Of a stretch of 64,000 bases of DNA, positions 21,822 through 33,215 are shown piece by piece (within the stretch, counting starts at the first letter, position 1; each line of letters begins with the position of its first letter). The translations under genes were made by a program, and so were the position numbers. Source of the stretch: an uncultured Nitrososphaeraceae archaeon (GTDB lineage Archaea > Thermoproteota > Nitrososphaeria > Nitrososphaerales > Nitrososphaeraceae); assembly GCA_963765895.1 (NCBI GenBank), contig CAVXZB010000084.1:352001-416000 (forward strand), in the 5' to 3' direction. The notes below the pieces were generated by a model that worked only from the letters and a program-made list of their open reading frames with translations, searched no databases and was not told where the DNA came from.

Positions 21822-22955
21822 TTGATTCATTGTAGCTATATTAGGAATATGCGGTTTAGAGGGTCTGCTTCGCTATTTTCATTTATTTTGATTAGTATCA
21901 CTCTCATTAGTTGTATGATTGTTTCGGCAGTTCATTTACCTATCTATAATCGCGCATTTGCGGATGGGTTATCACAAGAACAGATATCGGCATCCATGGG
22001 TTCACGAAAAGCGGATTTGTTGATTAAAACAACACCTCCCGTTGTTACAACAGAAACTCTTCAGTCATCAAAACAAAAACCAATAATTGAATTTAGGTTA
22101 TTTGATTCGAATTCAAACAAATCATTCAGTCATGTAAATTATTTTATCACAATCGATAAAAATGACAAGGTACTACTATCTGACTGGTTTCATTCTCATA
22201 ACGGAGATCTTGGAATACGGATAATCCCATCTAACAGTAGTAAAATGAATTTGTCTGGAGAGCAAGAGCCACTCGTCGGTGGGTATATTGGATCATTGGA
22301 TAAACCCGTTATTGCTGAGGGACCCATCTTTATAAATGGTGGATTGTATCACTTTACTGTACGAGTTGGTACTGTGGATTGCGATACCTGCATACTACCG
22401 GCTGAACAACAGCATCTCTATGATAGTTGGTTGAGCATTGGAAGTGTATTGAACAGTCAGGTCACTCTTAGTGACAAACAAATTCCAGTGAAGGTTATAT
22501 CATATTATGATAAATTGAAGAATTTTTCGTTTGATAATAAAACTATGCAAATGCAATTTACCATGCCATTTAACTGGAACATTAAGCGGATAAATAACAC
22601 AAATATTTTTGTTCATCAAGAAGTATACGTTCCAAAATCCAACGCTTTTACTAGTACCGGATCATTTATAGGAAAAGTAAACGGAGTGGATGTCTCAAAA
22701 CAGCTAGTAGTAGATAATAGTAACCCAGGTAGGGATGTGATTCATGTGATGTTACCAAAGGATACTGTCCTTAAAATAGCTGATCAAGTCAATGGAAATA
22801 AGCAGCAGACTATTCATAGTGGAACTGAGAAGATTATGAGCTTTGAACTTCAGCCTAGTGCGAAGGCTTCCACCACAACAACCGGAAATATGTCTATGTC
22901 AATGGGTTCAATGGGTTCGATGGGATCAATGTCTTCAGGTTCTGCTTCACGATAG
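21822..22955 (+). CDS. Secreted protein with Met-rich C-terminal tail
   Basis: Signal peptide (ATG 21849 likely start); WFHSHNG, CDTC, MSMSMGSMGSMGSM tail. Confidence 0.8.
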   Translation: MIHCSYIRNMRFRGSASLFSFILISITLISCMIVSAVHLPIYNRAFADGLSQEQISASMGSRKADLLIKTTPPVVTTETLQSSKQKPIIEFRLFDSNSNKSFSHVNYFITIDKNDKVLLSDWFHSHNGDLGIRIIPSNSSKMNLSGEQEPLVGGYIGSLDKPVIAEGPIFINGGLYHFTVRVGTVDCDTCILPAEQQHLYDSWLSIGSVLNSQVTLSDKQIPVKVISYYDKLKNFSFDNKTMQMQFTMPFNWNIKRINNTNIFVHQEVYVPKSNAFTSTGSFIGKVNGVDVSKQLVVDNSNPGRDVIHVMLPKDTVLKIADQVNGNKQQTIHSGTEKIMSFELQPSAKASTTTTGNMSMSMGSMGSMGSMSSGSASR

Positions 22956-23035
22956 ACATATTCTGATAGGAACTCAGAATTCTATGTATCTTCTCTTGCC
23001 CTTGTACTATCAACGAAAACGACAATAGAGGCACA

Positions 23036-23710
23036 TTATCTTGAAACCTTTTGCCTACGCTGTACTACTAGTAAGAGTGATACAGCCACTACAGCAATAA
23101 TAATTCCCGCGATTATTATTAAACTGAAAGAGGGTGTAGGGGCAGTAATTGTGCCAAAGGGCTGAAACGGCACATTCACCTTGAATGATCCGAGTGTTGA
23201 CAAACTGTTTGAATCTACTCTAGTCATAACCTGATAGACACCTGAGTCTGGGAAAAAATAGTTCACACTAAAATCTCCATTCGAAGATGAAATATTGTCG
23301 AATTTGAATATTCGCATTTGGCCGCTGCTGTTGGTTGTGACAACTACCCGTGCATGAAGATCGTTAATATTTTTGGAATTAGATATATTCTGGACTGTAA
23401 ATCTTAGTTGAGTTTTGGCATCAACTACAGGTGATTGAGGTATATTGTTAAATTGAATCCTCATGTTATTTATTTTGTCGACCCACTGCTGCGTATTACT
23501 TTTGGAATCATTATTGGATAAGGGGGTGGATGGAGATCGAGGTTGTCCCATGGCCAAATGCATTGAAAAGATATCATTATCTATTATATTTTGTATGAGT
23601 GATAAGTTAAGTGCAATAAATGAGAACAATATCAAAATTTTGCCTGATTTACAAAGTCTACCACAATAGCAATTTCTCTGACCACCAGAGTCGAAAGTTA
23701 AATTTTTCAA
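23036..23710 (-). CDS. Secreted Ig-like protein with C-terminal anchor, paralog of 44136..44774
   Basis: QQWVDK...LRFTV...TNSSGQMRIFKFDNI...NGDFSVNYFFPDSGVYQV; TM plus RRQK. Confidence 0.75.
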   Translation of the reverse strand: MKNLTFDSGGQRNCYCGRLCKSGKILILFSFIALNLSLIQNIIDNDIFSMHLAMGQPRSPSTPLSNNDSKSNTQQWVDKINNMRIQFNNIPQSPVVDAKTQLRFTVQNISNSKNINDLHARVVVTTNSSGQMRIFKFDNISSSNGDFSVNYFFPDSGVYQVMTRVDSNSLSTLGSFKVNVPFQPFGTITAPTPSFSLIIIAGIIIAVVAVSLLLVVQRRQKVSR

Positions 23711-23867
23711 TATTATTCACGTCAATATCACGAATCAACCAGTACACTGTTATATATCTTCTCGTTGAAAGTATATTAATAGCGAAATAGGCAACATTAT
23801 AATCGATATTCTTTTAGGAGACTCAGCCTTATATATTTGGATAAAAAAATAGGATTATACTAGGTAA

Positions 23868-24701
23868 TCAGGCCTCTGTCTTCAACTTCAATCTAAATGC
23901 TGAGTCAATATTCTTTCGAATTTGGTTATCTATAATGCCCTGTATCTGATCGACTGGCTTCTTGGAGTGTATTGCTCCTTCAAGAGATTTAAGAGCAGTA
24001 CCAATTTTCAAAAATGCCGGGGAAGACGTCACATTGGATGGTGCAAGCTTCTTGGCATCATTAAACATTTGAGTTGTTTTGTTAGCTAAGGACTGTGCAC
24101 TTTGATAGTCTGCAAAATTAACGAGCTTATTATGTGGAGTGGTCTGATTCTCTTTTGCACCTTCTTCTATCCCATACGCACCACTATAGTGTTCGTTAAT
24201 CTCTCCAAGAAGATCATTCAGTGCCAGAATGTGCACAGTAGCATTCTTCATTTGATCCGGTTCAACCCTCACCGATAGTGCTTCTTGCAATAGTGCAGCA
24301 ATATTGTCGACTTTATCTTTGACTGCTGCTTGTGTTGGGGCAGGACTAGTAGAATTAACTGTCTTTTGTAAATCTTCTATACCAACATTTAGGTCATTAG
24401 CCACTCTTTTGTTTCGTTCTGAAAGTTCTTTTGTAGTATTTGCGCTGAGGTGTTCTCTAGCATCAGAAGCATGATCACGAGCCAGCGTAATGTTAGACGG
24501 GATGTTAGACTGCACTAGATGTACTTCAGACGTTAGCTGATTTGCCAATGCAAGAAAGGATGCGCTTTCTCCGCCTGAAAATGTGTGTGCGTATGCTGTT
24601 CTAGTCATAGGATAAGTTGACAGGCCGACAGAAATTAATGTAAACAACAGAATGGGAACAGTGTACCTTCTGTGGCAACTTGATACCGGTTTCTTTGTCA
24701 T
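23868..24701 (-). CDS. Secreted helical protein with N-terminal His
   Basis: AYA-HTFSGGESASFL; EHYSGAYG; DYQSAQSLA; paralog of 19563..20279. Confidence 0.8.
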   Translation of the reverse strand: MTKKPVSSCHRRYTVPILLFTLISVGLSTYPMTRTAYAHTFSGGESASFLALANQLTSEVHLVQSNIPSNITLARDHASDAREHLSANTTKELSERNKRVANDLNVGIEDLQKTVNSTSPAPTQAAVKDKVDNIAALLQEALSVRVEPDQMKNATVHILALNDLLGEINEHYSGAYGIEEGAKENQTTPHNKLVNFADYQSAQSLANKTTQMFNDAKKLAPSNVTSSPAFLKIGTALKSLEGAIHSKKPVDQIQGIIDNQIRKNIDSAFRLKLKTEA

Positions 24702-24737
24702 TACTATATTTAATATTATTTATATAATAAAATAGTT

Positions 24738-24755
24738 TATGGTACAACAATCGAA
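24738..24755 (-). promoter_or_regulatory. Putative operator TTCGATTGTTGTACCATA
   Basis: Ends 37 nt before the ATG; 16/18 identical to the 18075 site. Confidence 0.55.
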
Positions 24756-25245
24756 TCAGTAATTTCAATTACTTAATCTTAATTGCATAATGGACTCTTG
24801 TCAAATAAAGTGTGTATCGCATTATTTTTACACAGAATGATACCAAAGTTATATACTTTTGTTCATAAGCATTCACCTTTAACCCTGCGTCAGAATAGAA
24901 CAGTTCGAACAGACCATGTCTATAAACTAGTATAGCAATCAGGATATAATAGAAAAATTATCAGTCCCTGTATTAGCATACACCAGGAGATTAGTAAATA
25001 TTCTACATCAATTAGCATTTGGAACTTGTAGCACCACTACATGTACCTCACAAATGTAAAGTGCATCTGTGACAATATAATATAATATCTAAGGTCTGAC
25101 GTAGACCGTTAGTAGAAGGTGTCAAAGGAACATAAGAATACTAAAGGTGGGCAAAAATTTTACATTTTCGCGCCATGGGTCGTTACACGCATAGTCAGAT
25201 CAAAAAAAGTGGGTCGAAGTTACTTTCTGAAATGGATATAGTCAG

Positions 25246-25806
25246 TTATCCCTTTGTCATATTAGTCATATTACCGCCCGCTTCTGCACCTGGTGCAATT
25301 TCGTCAACGCCAATTACTAGTGTACTCATTGGCGGGAATTTCACATCTGTTGCTGTCGGATTTTGAAGCGCAATGTCAGTGATTATTCCGGCTTTCCCTC
25401 CAGGCTCCGAATTAACATCTACGTGGTAGATACACATTTTGCCTGGTGTTGACAGCTCCTTAATATACTCTAATTCTGCGGGCTTGACATTCGGGGCTTG
25501 TCCTATTAACACGTTATAGGGTGTCTTGGCATTGCTATCACATGGCAGGTTAGCAGCAACGTGGCCTGACATTATCATGTACGGTGTAGCATCATATACG
25601 TGAATAAACCCTTTTGAGGGTATTGTTTTGCCTTCGAGCAATATTGTTTGGGAATCTCTAACTACAGTTTTCTGAGGTGACTGTGCAGTGACGGCAAGTG
25701 GAGCTATTCCTATAAAAAGTGTCGAAGCCACTATAGCAACGAATATCATCGATGCTATTATTAATGGTGATATTTTTCTTGGGTTAACATTTGAGTTACG
25801 CATCAA
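25246..25806 (-). CDS. Secreted His/Cys/Met-containing protein
   Basis: Signal peptide; FIHVYDATPYMIMSGHVAANLPCD, MCIYHVD; MTNMT tail. Confidence 0.8.
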   Translation of the reverse strand: MMRNSNVNPRKISPLIIASMIFVAIVASTLFIGIAPLAVTAQSPQKTVVRDSQTILLEGKTIPSKGFIHVYDATPYMIMSGHVAANLPCDSNAKTPYNVLIGQAPNVKPAELEYIKELSTPGKMCIYHVDVNSEPGGKAGIITDIALQNPTATDVKFPPMSTLVIGVDEIAPGAEAGGNMTNMTKG

Positions 25807-25836
25807 ATTGTTAGAAAAAGCATTCCTATTAAATGT

Positions 25837-25854
25837 TCTAGTTCATTCTACGAA
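25837..25854 (-). promoter_or_regulatory. Putative operator TTCGTAGAATGAACTAGA
   Basis: Ends 34 nt before ATG 25803; same TTCG-N6-GWACYAKA pattern. Confidence 0.45.
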
Positions 25855-26124
25855 TGAACCACAAGTTTAATATCGTTTAAAAATCGAAGTTCCCTTTTTA
25901 AGTATCCCTTGTGGTAATTACAAAGACTGGTAATCTAACCAAGCTTGATTTAGACAACATCACGTCATATCTGCGCATGATCATACTTCAGGATTTCTCT
26001 CTCATCTATCTCCTATCAGAATTACTCTGAATAGGCATCAAAAATCAATTTCTCGGTATCAAATAATATTGCTGATAGATCATCATTACATATTTATAAT
26101 CTAATATGTAGACTTTTTTAGTTT

Positions 26125-28162
26125 GTGAAATTCTCTATTAAAGGCTCATCAACTGTAGAAACAAAGAGATGGGCTTTAATTCTGAGTTATTTATCTTTAT
26201 TTGTCATTATAATGGTTGGTCTGAATGATCACTTTACTCAGTTCGGTACATCTTTTCTAGCATTTGTTGATAAACTGGACAATTCCTTTTTTGAAGAGGC
26301 TCATGCTCAAAAACCTATGAACTATTCAGGATACGAGGATATTGTTCTTAGTTATGATATCGACAGCAGTAATAAATCAAATGGCAATACAGTAAAAGAT
26401 ATCACATTGACAAACTTCATACAAAAAGGATCCAGTCAAGACTTGACTAGTAAATTTGTAGATTTAATGATAGCTTCAATTTCTTCTGTCTCGAGGATGT
26501 TTATAGCCTTGGGTTTATCTTTTGTGGCAGCTATAGTAGTAGGAATTACGGCAGCTAGAAAGTCCATAGCATCAAAGATAGTTATTCCTATAGTTGACGT
26601 ATTACAGTCTATTCCAATACTTGGATTTTTTCCTGCAGCAATTTCGCTTTTTATTGCTGTATTTAACGGCAGTTCTGTAGGTATTGAAATAGCCGCAATT
26701 TTTCTTATATTTACCAGCATGGTGTGGAATATGATCTTTTCAGTTTATGAATCAATACTTTCAATTCCGTCTGAACTATTGGAAACCTCAAATGCTTATA
26801 GGGCCAACTTATTCTTAAGATTCAGAAGACTTTACATTCCGGCTAGCATTCACAAATTAGTCTATAATGGTATCTTATCATGGGCTAGTGGATGGTATTT
26901 TCTTACCGCAGCGGAGATCATATCGTTAGGTTCAAAGACCTTCACACTACCTGGTCTGGGAAGTCAACTTGGAATTTCAGTTTCGCATGGAGAATACACC
27001 CAGGCAGCGGCGAGCACTCATTATGTTAATTTTAATTATCTTAGTAACGGACTTTTTCTTTTGGCGTCCCCTGGAATCATATGCTAACCGTTTTAGGTAT
27101 GACTACTCATTTTCCCTTGAAGATATCCCTAAATATACGCGCGTGCACTTTGGCTTGCGCACTTATAGGGGTAAAATTCCCAAACTATTATTTCGTAATC
27201 CTGCTCCAGCATCATCGATTCAGATATCGGACTTTTTTGTCAGAAACCCTAGGCCGCTAATTTCTGTAAAGTCAAATAAAGTGATAGAGGTCTTGTTGAA
27301 GATTGGAGGGCAAATCGAAGTAAGAATATTTCCGATAATTCATAAGTGGTTTGACAATAAGGATATTTTCAGAGTACTTCGAATAGTAGCATTGCCTGTC
27401 ATAATAACTCTTTTTGTATTGATTATTATCCAAGAACGTGAACAAATCCATCAATCGTTTCTCTCGTTCTCTAGAATGTATTTGTCACTTCAGAGTGACC
27501 CTAGAAATGCAAAAATTGTCTCACAGATTCCAATCGCTTTGTTACTATCATATTTGAGATTAGGTGCAGCTTATCTTCTAACTTTGGCATGGACTATACC
27601 CGTAGCTATTAAAGTTGCTCGTGATCCAAGATTCGATCGCATTATGCCTATATTTCAAACTCTAGCCGCTATTCCTGCCCCAGCGTTCTTCCCCTTCCTG
27701 ATCCCAGTTGTAGACTATGTACCCGGTGGCTTTGAATTTTTGTCTATACTGTTGATATTAACTGGGATGCAGTGGTATATGTTTTTTAATCTCATTGGTG
27801 GTGTACAATCTATTTCTGGTGACGTTGAGGAAACTGCGCGAGCATTTAGAGCTACAAAGAGCCACTACTTAAAACGCGTTTTGTTCCCAGCAATATATCC
27901 ATCATTTATTACTGGTAGCATTACAAGTTGGGGAGGAGGTTGGAACTCGTTAGTCGTTGCAGAATTCTTAATATTTGGATACAAGACATATTCCTCAACT
28001 GGTATAGGATCTTTATTAGATAAAGCTGCATATTATACAGGAAATACCGTATTGATATTGATTATCATAGGTGCAATGATGACAGTGATAGTTACAATCA
28101 ATCGTCTCGTATGGAGACAAGTGTACAGAAGAGTAATTAACAAATATGGCATAGGCACATAA
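26125..28162 (+). CDS. NitT/TauT-family ABC transporter permease with two membrane domains (frameshift near 27010)
   Basis: DVLQSIPILGFFP and QTLAAIPAPAFFP motifs, EAA-like loops; two overlapping ORFs join into one. Confidence 0.85.
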
Positions 28163-28308
28163 AAATGAGTAGAATAAAATCGAGTCATGACTACCAGTAC
28201 CTGTTTATGCCCCATTAAGAAAGATAATAACAGTCTTAATACAAGAGGTAAATAGGATGGATCATGTTCCTGTCTCACAGGGAAATACATTAGCTCCAAT
28301 AACTGACT

Positions 28309-29106
28309 TTGAATGTACCCCGAATAGATCAGTTGATGGTTCGGCACCGCTCGCTTGAACTTAGAAACGTTACTAAAGAGTACAGGGACAATAATCACAA
28401 TTGCAATAAAATCTTGAATAACATTAACTTGATCATAAATCATAATGAGTTTATTTCAATAGTAGGTCCATCAGGCTGCGGTAAATCTACATTATTAAGA
28501 ATCATGATTGGTTTAGAAAAATATACAGAGGGAGAAATCCTATTCAAAGGAAAACCTATGAAAATAGATGGTACTGTAAATCCGTATATGGCAATGGTGT
28601 TTCAATCTTTTGGACTCTTTCCCTGGCTAACTGTAGTTGAAAATGTAGAGTTTGGGTTGGAATCAATGCATATGCCTAAAATTCAGCGGCGAAAAAAGAG
28701 TCTTAGCATCATTCAAGATGTTGGTTTAGAAGGTTTTGAGGAAGCCTATCCAAGAGAGTTGTCTGGTGGAATGAAACAGAGGGTAGGCATCGCAAGGGCC
28801 CTTGTCATGGATCCGGAAATCCTTGTTATGGATGAGCCGTTTTCTGCCCTCGATCCTTTAACTGCTGAAGCATTGAGAGAAGAAATTCTAAAGGTTTGGA
28901 GCAACAAGCTTGCTACTCCAGAGGTTGTTATAATGGTTACCCACAATATTGAGGAAGCTGTTTATCTTTCAGATAGGGTAATAGTTCTTAGTCATAGACC
29001 GGGTTCAGTTTTGAATGAGGTTGATATACAAATACCTAGAAGTCGAGAGAAAAGGGACAAATCAATTTATGAGTATTCTGACCAAATTACAACAATGATT
29101 TCATAA
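28309..29106 (+). CDS. NitT/TauT-family ABC transporter ATPase
   Basis: GPSGCGKS, LSGGMKQR, MDEPFSALD, VTHNIEEA. Confidence 0.95.
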   Translation: MNVPRIDQLMVRHRSLELRNVTKEYRDNNHNCNKILNNINLIINHNEFISIVGPSGCGKSTLLRIMIGLEKYTEGEILFKGKPMKIDGTVNPYMAMVFQSFGLFPWLTVVENVEFGLESMHMPKIQRRKKSLSIIQDVGLEGFEEAYPRELSGGMKQRVGIARALVMDPEILVMDEPFSALDPLTAEALREEILKVWSNKLATPEVVIMVTHNIEEAVYLSDRVIVLSHRPGSVLNEVDIQIPRSREKRDKSIYEYSDQITTMIS

Positions 29107-29250
29107 TGGTTGATTACAGTACTTGGTGAATATCAATTACTTTTCTTTAAGGGATCGTATTCTACGATAAAATGTGCATATCGAATAACACAAGTTGAAG
29201 AACTAAAAGATTTAAATCGTGGGTTAGAGAAATTTTGAATATAGAATAAT

Positions 29251-29755
29251 TTGAAGATGCCCAGTGTCAATTATAGTGTTCTTCTTGGATTTATAGAATT
29301 ATTAGATGACGCCGGTGGCAAATCAGAAATAGCAAGAATTGCTTCTAAAGAAGATCTGAACCTGGATTCGCTTTTACCTATATTAGAATCTGGTGAAATC
29401 TTGGGTCTAATTAAAGTCCAAGAAGGAGTGGTGTCCATGACCCAAAAAGCTCATTTCTTTATTGCTCGCAAGTCCAAAAGTTAGGAAAAAAATGCTAAGG
29501 GATATAATAGTTAACATTGATATCTTTAGGAAGATAATTGATCTAATTAAACAAACAGAAGATGGATATATAACAAAAGATGAACTGTCAAGATATTTAT
29601 CAGAACATCAAATACTATTTACTACTGATACAACTGAAGACTATACAAGTGATTTTGATTCATTTATTGAGTGGGGAAGGCAGGCATTAATATTTAGCTA
29701 TGATGCAAATGATGAACGTATCAGTTTGAGGAAAGACGTCCAGCAGTTATATTGA
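29251..29755 (+). CDS. AAA-associated C-terminal domain protein of NitT/TauT systems (frameshift near 29465)
   Basis: LLGFIELL...LDSLLPILESGEILG and FDSFIEWGRQALIFSYD. Confidence 0.7.
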
Positions 29756-30216
29756 CAGATGATATGTATCAATTTTTCTTGCTATTATGGAACCGGTATC
29801 TTATCAATCCATAATTTCCACATTATAACCAAAGTATGAATTTCTGAGACTTACTTACCAGTTCTGAATCAATGACATTAATGCGAATACCAAAAGGAAT
29901 GTTTTGATACAACTTACATAGCGCAACTGCTCAAAAACAAACTAGCGAGATGCCACAATTATAGAAGTTGATAAACCACAGGCAAAAGTAATTAAAGTAT
30001 CTGGCTAGGAAGCAGCAGATAAAGAAGTTGTACCTGATTTAGAACATGATATTGTCACTAGAATTAGAGTAGCCTTTGTCTACCTTTACCTTTACTCCCC
30101 GTCTCCAAAGCCTTCACATAATATAGTTAGAGATAGAATAAATCAAGTAGTAAACAAATATATCGTTGTTGGATGTGCTCATGGAGCGGTTGCGCACAAG
30201 ATAAGAATTGTCTGAA

Positions 30217-30237
30217 CGATGGCGGCGATCGCCATCG
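30217..30237. terminator. GC-rich hairpin downstream of the 30285..30539 gene
   Basis: CGATGGCG-GCGAT-CGCCATCG, perfect 8-bp stem. Confidence 0.45.
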
Positions 30238-30284
30238 ATAACTATTTTTTATTCATCCGCTAGACTTCTCTTATCAATAGACGG

Positions 30285-30539
30285 CTAAGGAGTAGGAGGA
30301 CAGCCCGAGCCTATACAATTAGATCCACCATTTGCACCTACACCAGCTTTCGCAGCATCGCCACCAACGCCGCCATTAGCTCCGTTAAACCCGCTGGCAT
30401 CTGTACCACGATCTGAATTGGCGCTATGTCCGTTACTATTTTGCGTTATTGCCATTGCTGATTGTCCTAATGACGCTACTATAACAGCTACTGACATGAT
30501 TGCTGATAAAGCAATTACAGCTATTAATTTTGTTTTCAC
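30285..30539 (-). CDS. Small secreted Gly/Asn-rich peptide with C-terminal CIGSGC
   Basis: Signal peptide ending QSAMA; NGANGGVGGDAAKAGVGANGGSNCIGSGC. Confidence 0.75.
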   Translation of the reverse strand: MKTKLIAVIALSAIMSVAVIVASLGQSAMAITQNSNGHSANSDRGTDASGFNGANGGVGGDAAKAGVGANGGSNCIGSGCPPTP

Positions 30540-30659
30540 AATACTATATTGTTGGTCGATGGATATATAAAGATCTGTTAATTGTAGCTGATAAATAGCA
30601 TATTAGGGGGCTTTTTACAAGAATTACCATAATGCGGGCAAATCTACACGTGGACATGC

Positions 30660-31176
30660 TTCCAACAGGCAAAAGGGAGAAGGTCATATCGATGTCCTCT
30701 TTGCGAGTGCTGGCGTTAGCGAGCTTAACAAGCCGCTCGGCTCCATTACCGAGAAAGGTTCTGATGATACATTTAACGTTAATGTTTGTGGGGCCTTCTT
30801 TACAGTACAAAATGCAATGCCGCTCATGAAGGACGGCGGGTCAATCATTCTGAATAGTTCTGCGAGTCAAGGGATTTCTGGCTCTACCGTTTACAAGTGC
30901 TAGCAAAGCAGCAGCCATCCGTTCTTTCTCCCCGAACTTGGACTAGCGAGCTCAAAGGAGAGATTAGGGTCAATGTAATAGCCCCAGCACAACAGACACG
31001 GCGATATTTGATGGCGCTCCTCAAGAAATGAAGGACAGTTTGTTACCATAATTCCAATAGGTCCGACGAGTCAACTGCGTGAGATTGCCGCCGGTGCGCT
31101 ATTTCTGGCATCAGATGATTTCAGCTTCGTTACCGGTATTGAGCAATACGTCGACAGCGGCACAGCGCAAGTCTAG
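30660..31176 (+). pseudogene. Short-chain dehydrogenase pseudogene (N-terminus missing, several frameshifts)
   Basis: GHIDVLFASAG...TFNVNV...PLMKDGGSIILNSS...SASKAA...IRVNVI...LFLASDDFSFVTGIEQYVDSGTAQV. Confidence 0.8.
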
Positions 31177-31592
31177 TTGAAAGTACTAATCTAACATCAC
31201 GGATTTTATTTCATCTCCATTCCATTTTCATCCTGCACTAGTAGCTGAAATCAAATCTAGTCCCCTCAGTCTACCCGCCGGGCTTACTTGCTCTGTCCAA
31301 ATATCAGGTTTGATGCAACTAAGTGCAGGCGGCCATACTAATACGTACATAATTGGTTGTTCTAACTATCCTTGAACTAGACTACATTATGCGCATCTTA
31401 GTATGATATTAGTATAATATGAACACGACTTATATATAGAAATCAGACATCTTGCAACATCTGGTTGTTGTCCAGGAGTTCTATAGACATTGACCGGATC
31501 CCAAATAGAAGGTGTCGGAGGGATTGATTCTGTGTCTGGAACATTGGCATAGGGTTTAAAATTCTAAATTTTAAACTCGAAACGTTGCTCCC

Positions 31593-31880
31593 TCATTACA
31601 TATTTCTAATCTAATATGTAGACTTTTTTAGTTTGTGAAATTCTCTATTAAAGGCTCATCAACTGGAGAAACAAAGAGATGGGCTTTAATTCTGAGTTAT
31701 TTATCTTTATTTGTCATTATAATAGTTGGTCTGAATGATCACTTTACTCAGTTCGGTACAATTATTTTCTAGCATTTGTTAATAAACTGGACAATTCCTT
31801 TTTTGAAGAGGCTCATGCTCAAAAACCTATGAACTATGAACTATTCAGGATACGAGAATATTGTTCATAGTTATGGTATC
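31593..31880 (+). repeat. Near-identical copy of 26083-26361 (promoter and 5' end of the ABC permease)
   Basis: Direct alignment with few substitutions and a CTATGAA micro-duplication. Confidence 0.92.
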
Positions 31881-32014
31881 CATGTTAAGTAAATTGCAGA
31901 AAATTAACCTGCTCCGATGTATGTATTAAACCTCACAACATTAGCATTTATAATATAACCATCTCGAGTCGAGGTATTGATACAATAGTCTGATCCCAAG
32001 TTATCCTGATGTTA

Positions 32015-32515
32015 TCAGGAACCTGTTATCTGTCCACGGATTTCTCCATTCTGATTCTGCTGGGTATGAACATTAACATATGCATTTCCGTCCTCAAGAA
32101 GCTTGACTAGATCTGACAATTGTTTCCCAGTTAACGGACCCTGCAGATCACCTGGTGTAATCTTGGCCTTTCCCATGGATAACATTACTACCGGCTGTCC
32201 ATTCTCACCCGATTTGCCTTGATGGATATGGGCCATCATGAAGTTGTTCATACCCTTTACATTCAGTTCATAATTTATCTCCTTTCCATCTGCACTAAGC
32301 TGAAATTGAGCAGTTCCACTTGCTTTAGTGTCAACTGGTGGAACCTCACTTTTGCCTGAAAGATTTGCTGTAAACTTCTTTTGTGCACCTTGTGCGAATG
32401 CTAATCTGTCAGTCAATCCGTTTGTTGAAACAACAACTATACTGACTATCAACACAGTGATTATCAGGAATGCGCCACTAAGAGTAGTAGTCCGGAAGGC
32501 ACTTCTATTACTCAT
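32015..32515 (-). CDS. Secreted CHRD-domain protein
   Basis: LSGKSEVPPV, AHIHQG..GENG, YVNVHT..NQNGEIRGQI. Confidence 0.92.
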   Translation of the reverse strand: MSNRSAFRTTTLSGAFLIITVLIVSIVVVSTNGLTDRLAFAQGAQKKFTANLSGKSEVPPVDTKASGTAQFQLSADGKEINYELNVKGMNNFMMAHIHQGKSGENGQPVVMLSMGKAKITPGDLQGPLTGKQLSDLVKLLEDGNAYVNVHTQQNQNGEIRGQITGS

Positions 32516-33215
32516 TAGAGATCTATGGTAATTCTTCTATAAAAAATTTACCAGTTGATCAATATATTATTATTAATCTGTATTATTATTGATCTTTATC
32601 AGATTTAAAAAAATACAATGCTGCTAATAATGACACCAATGATCTAAAGACTATGAAATTTTCTATTCTCTAATTAATTTAACGTGCTAGCTATAGCGAT
32701 TTCTATGATAGATATCAGGGTCTTATCGATTAGATCGTACGACATTTTGATGAAGCTGCCGCCAAGCATTTATCAATCCAATTTAATGTTTGAAGTATGT
32801 TCCTGAGGTGCTGTAAAAAGTATCACAACTAGAGAAGGTGGTTGTCATACTTGGGTCAACCCGTTCCCCTGGCTTACCTAATATAGGTATCACAGAATCT
32901 GCAAGATCGGTATATGAAATGTTTCTCACAAATGTTGCTGCATTAGTGAATCTTTATGAAATCAACTGGCGCCTAGTGGATATAGACTCAAACGACTTAG
33001 TCTTGGCAAATATTAGAAGGCAAATCTAAAATAAGCCCAACCGTGCATACAACTATCTATTCAATCAAATTCGTAGCCAATATTTTGACAACATGTATGC
33101 GATGCAAGAGTTTGAATAGTTTTTGAATTATAATTGCATACGATATCGACACGAGCACAAATAAGGCTCAGAATACAGGAAATTCCCTGGCCTTCAATTT
33201 TCCTGTATTAAATAT

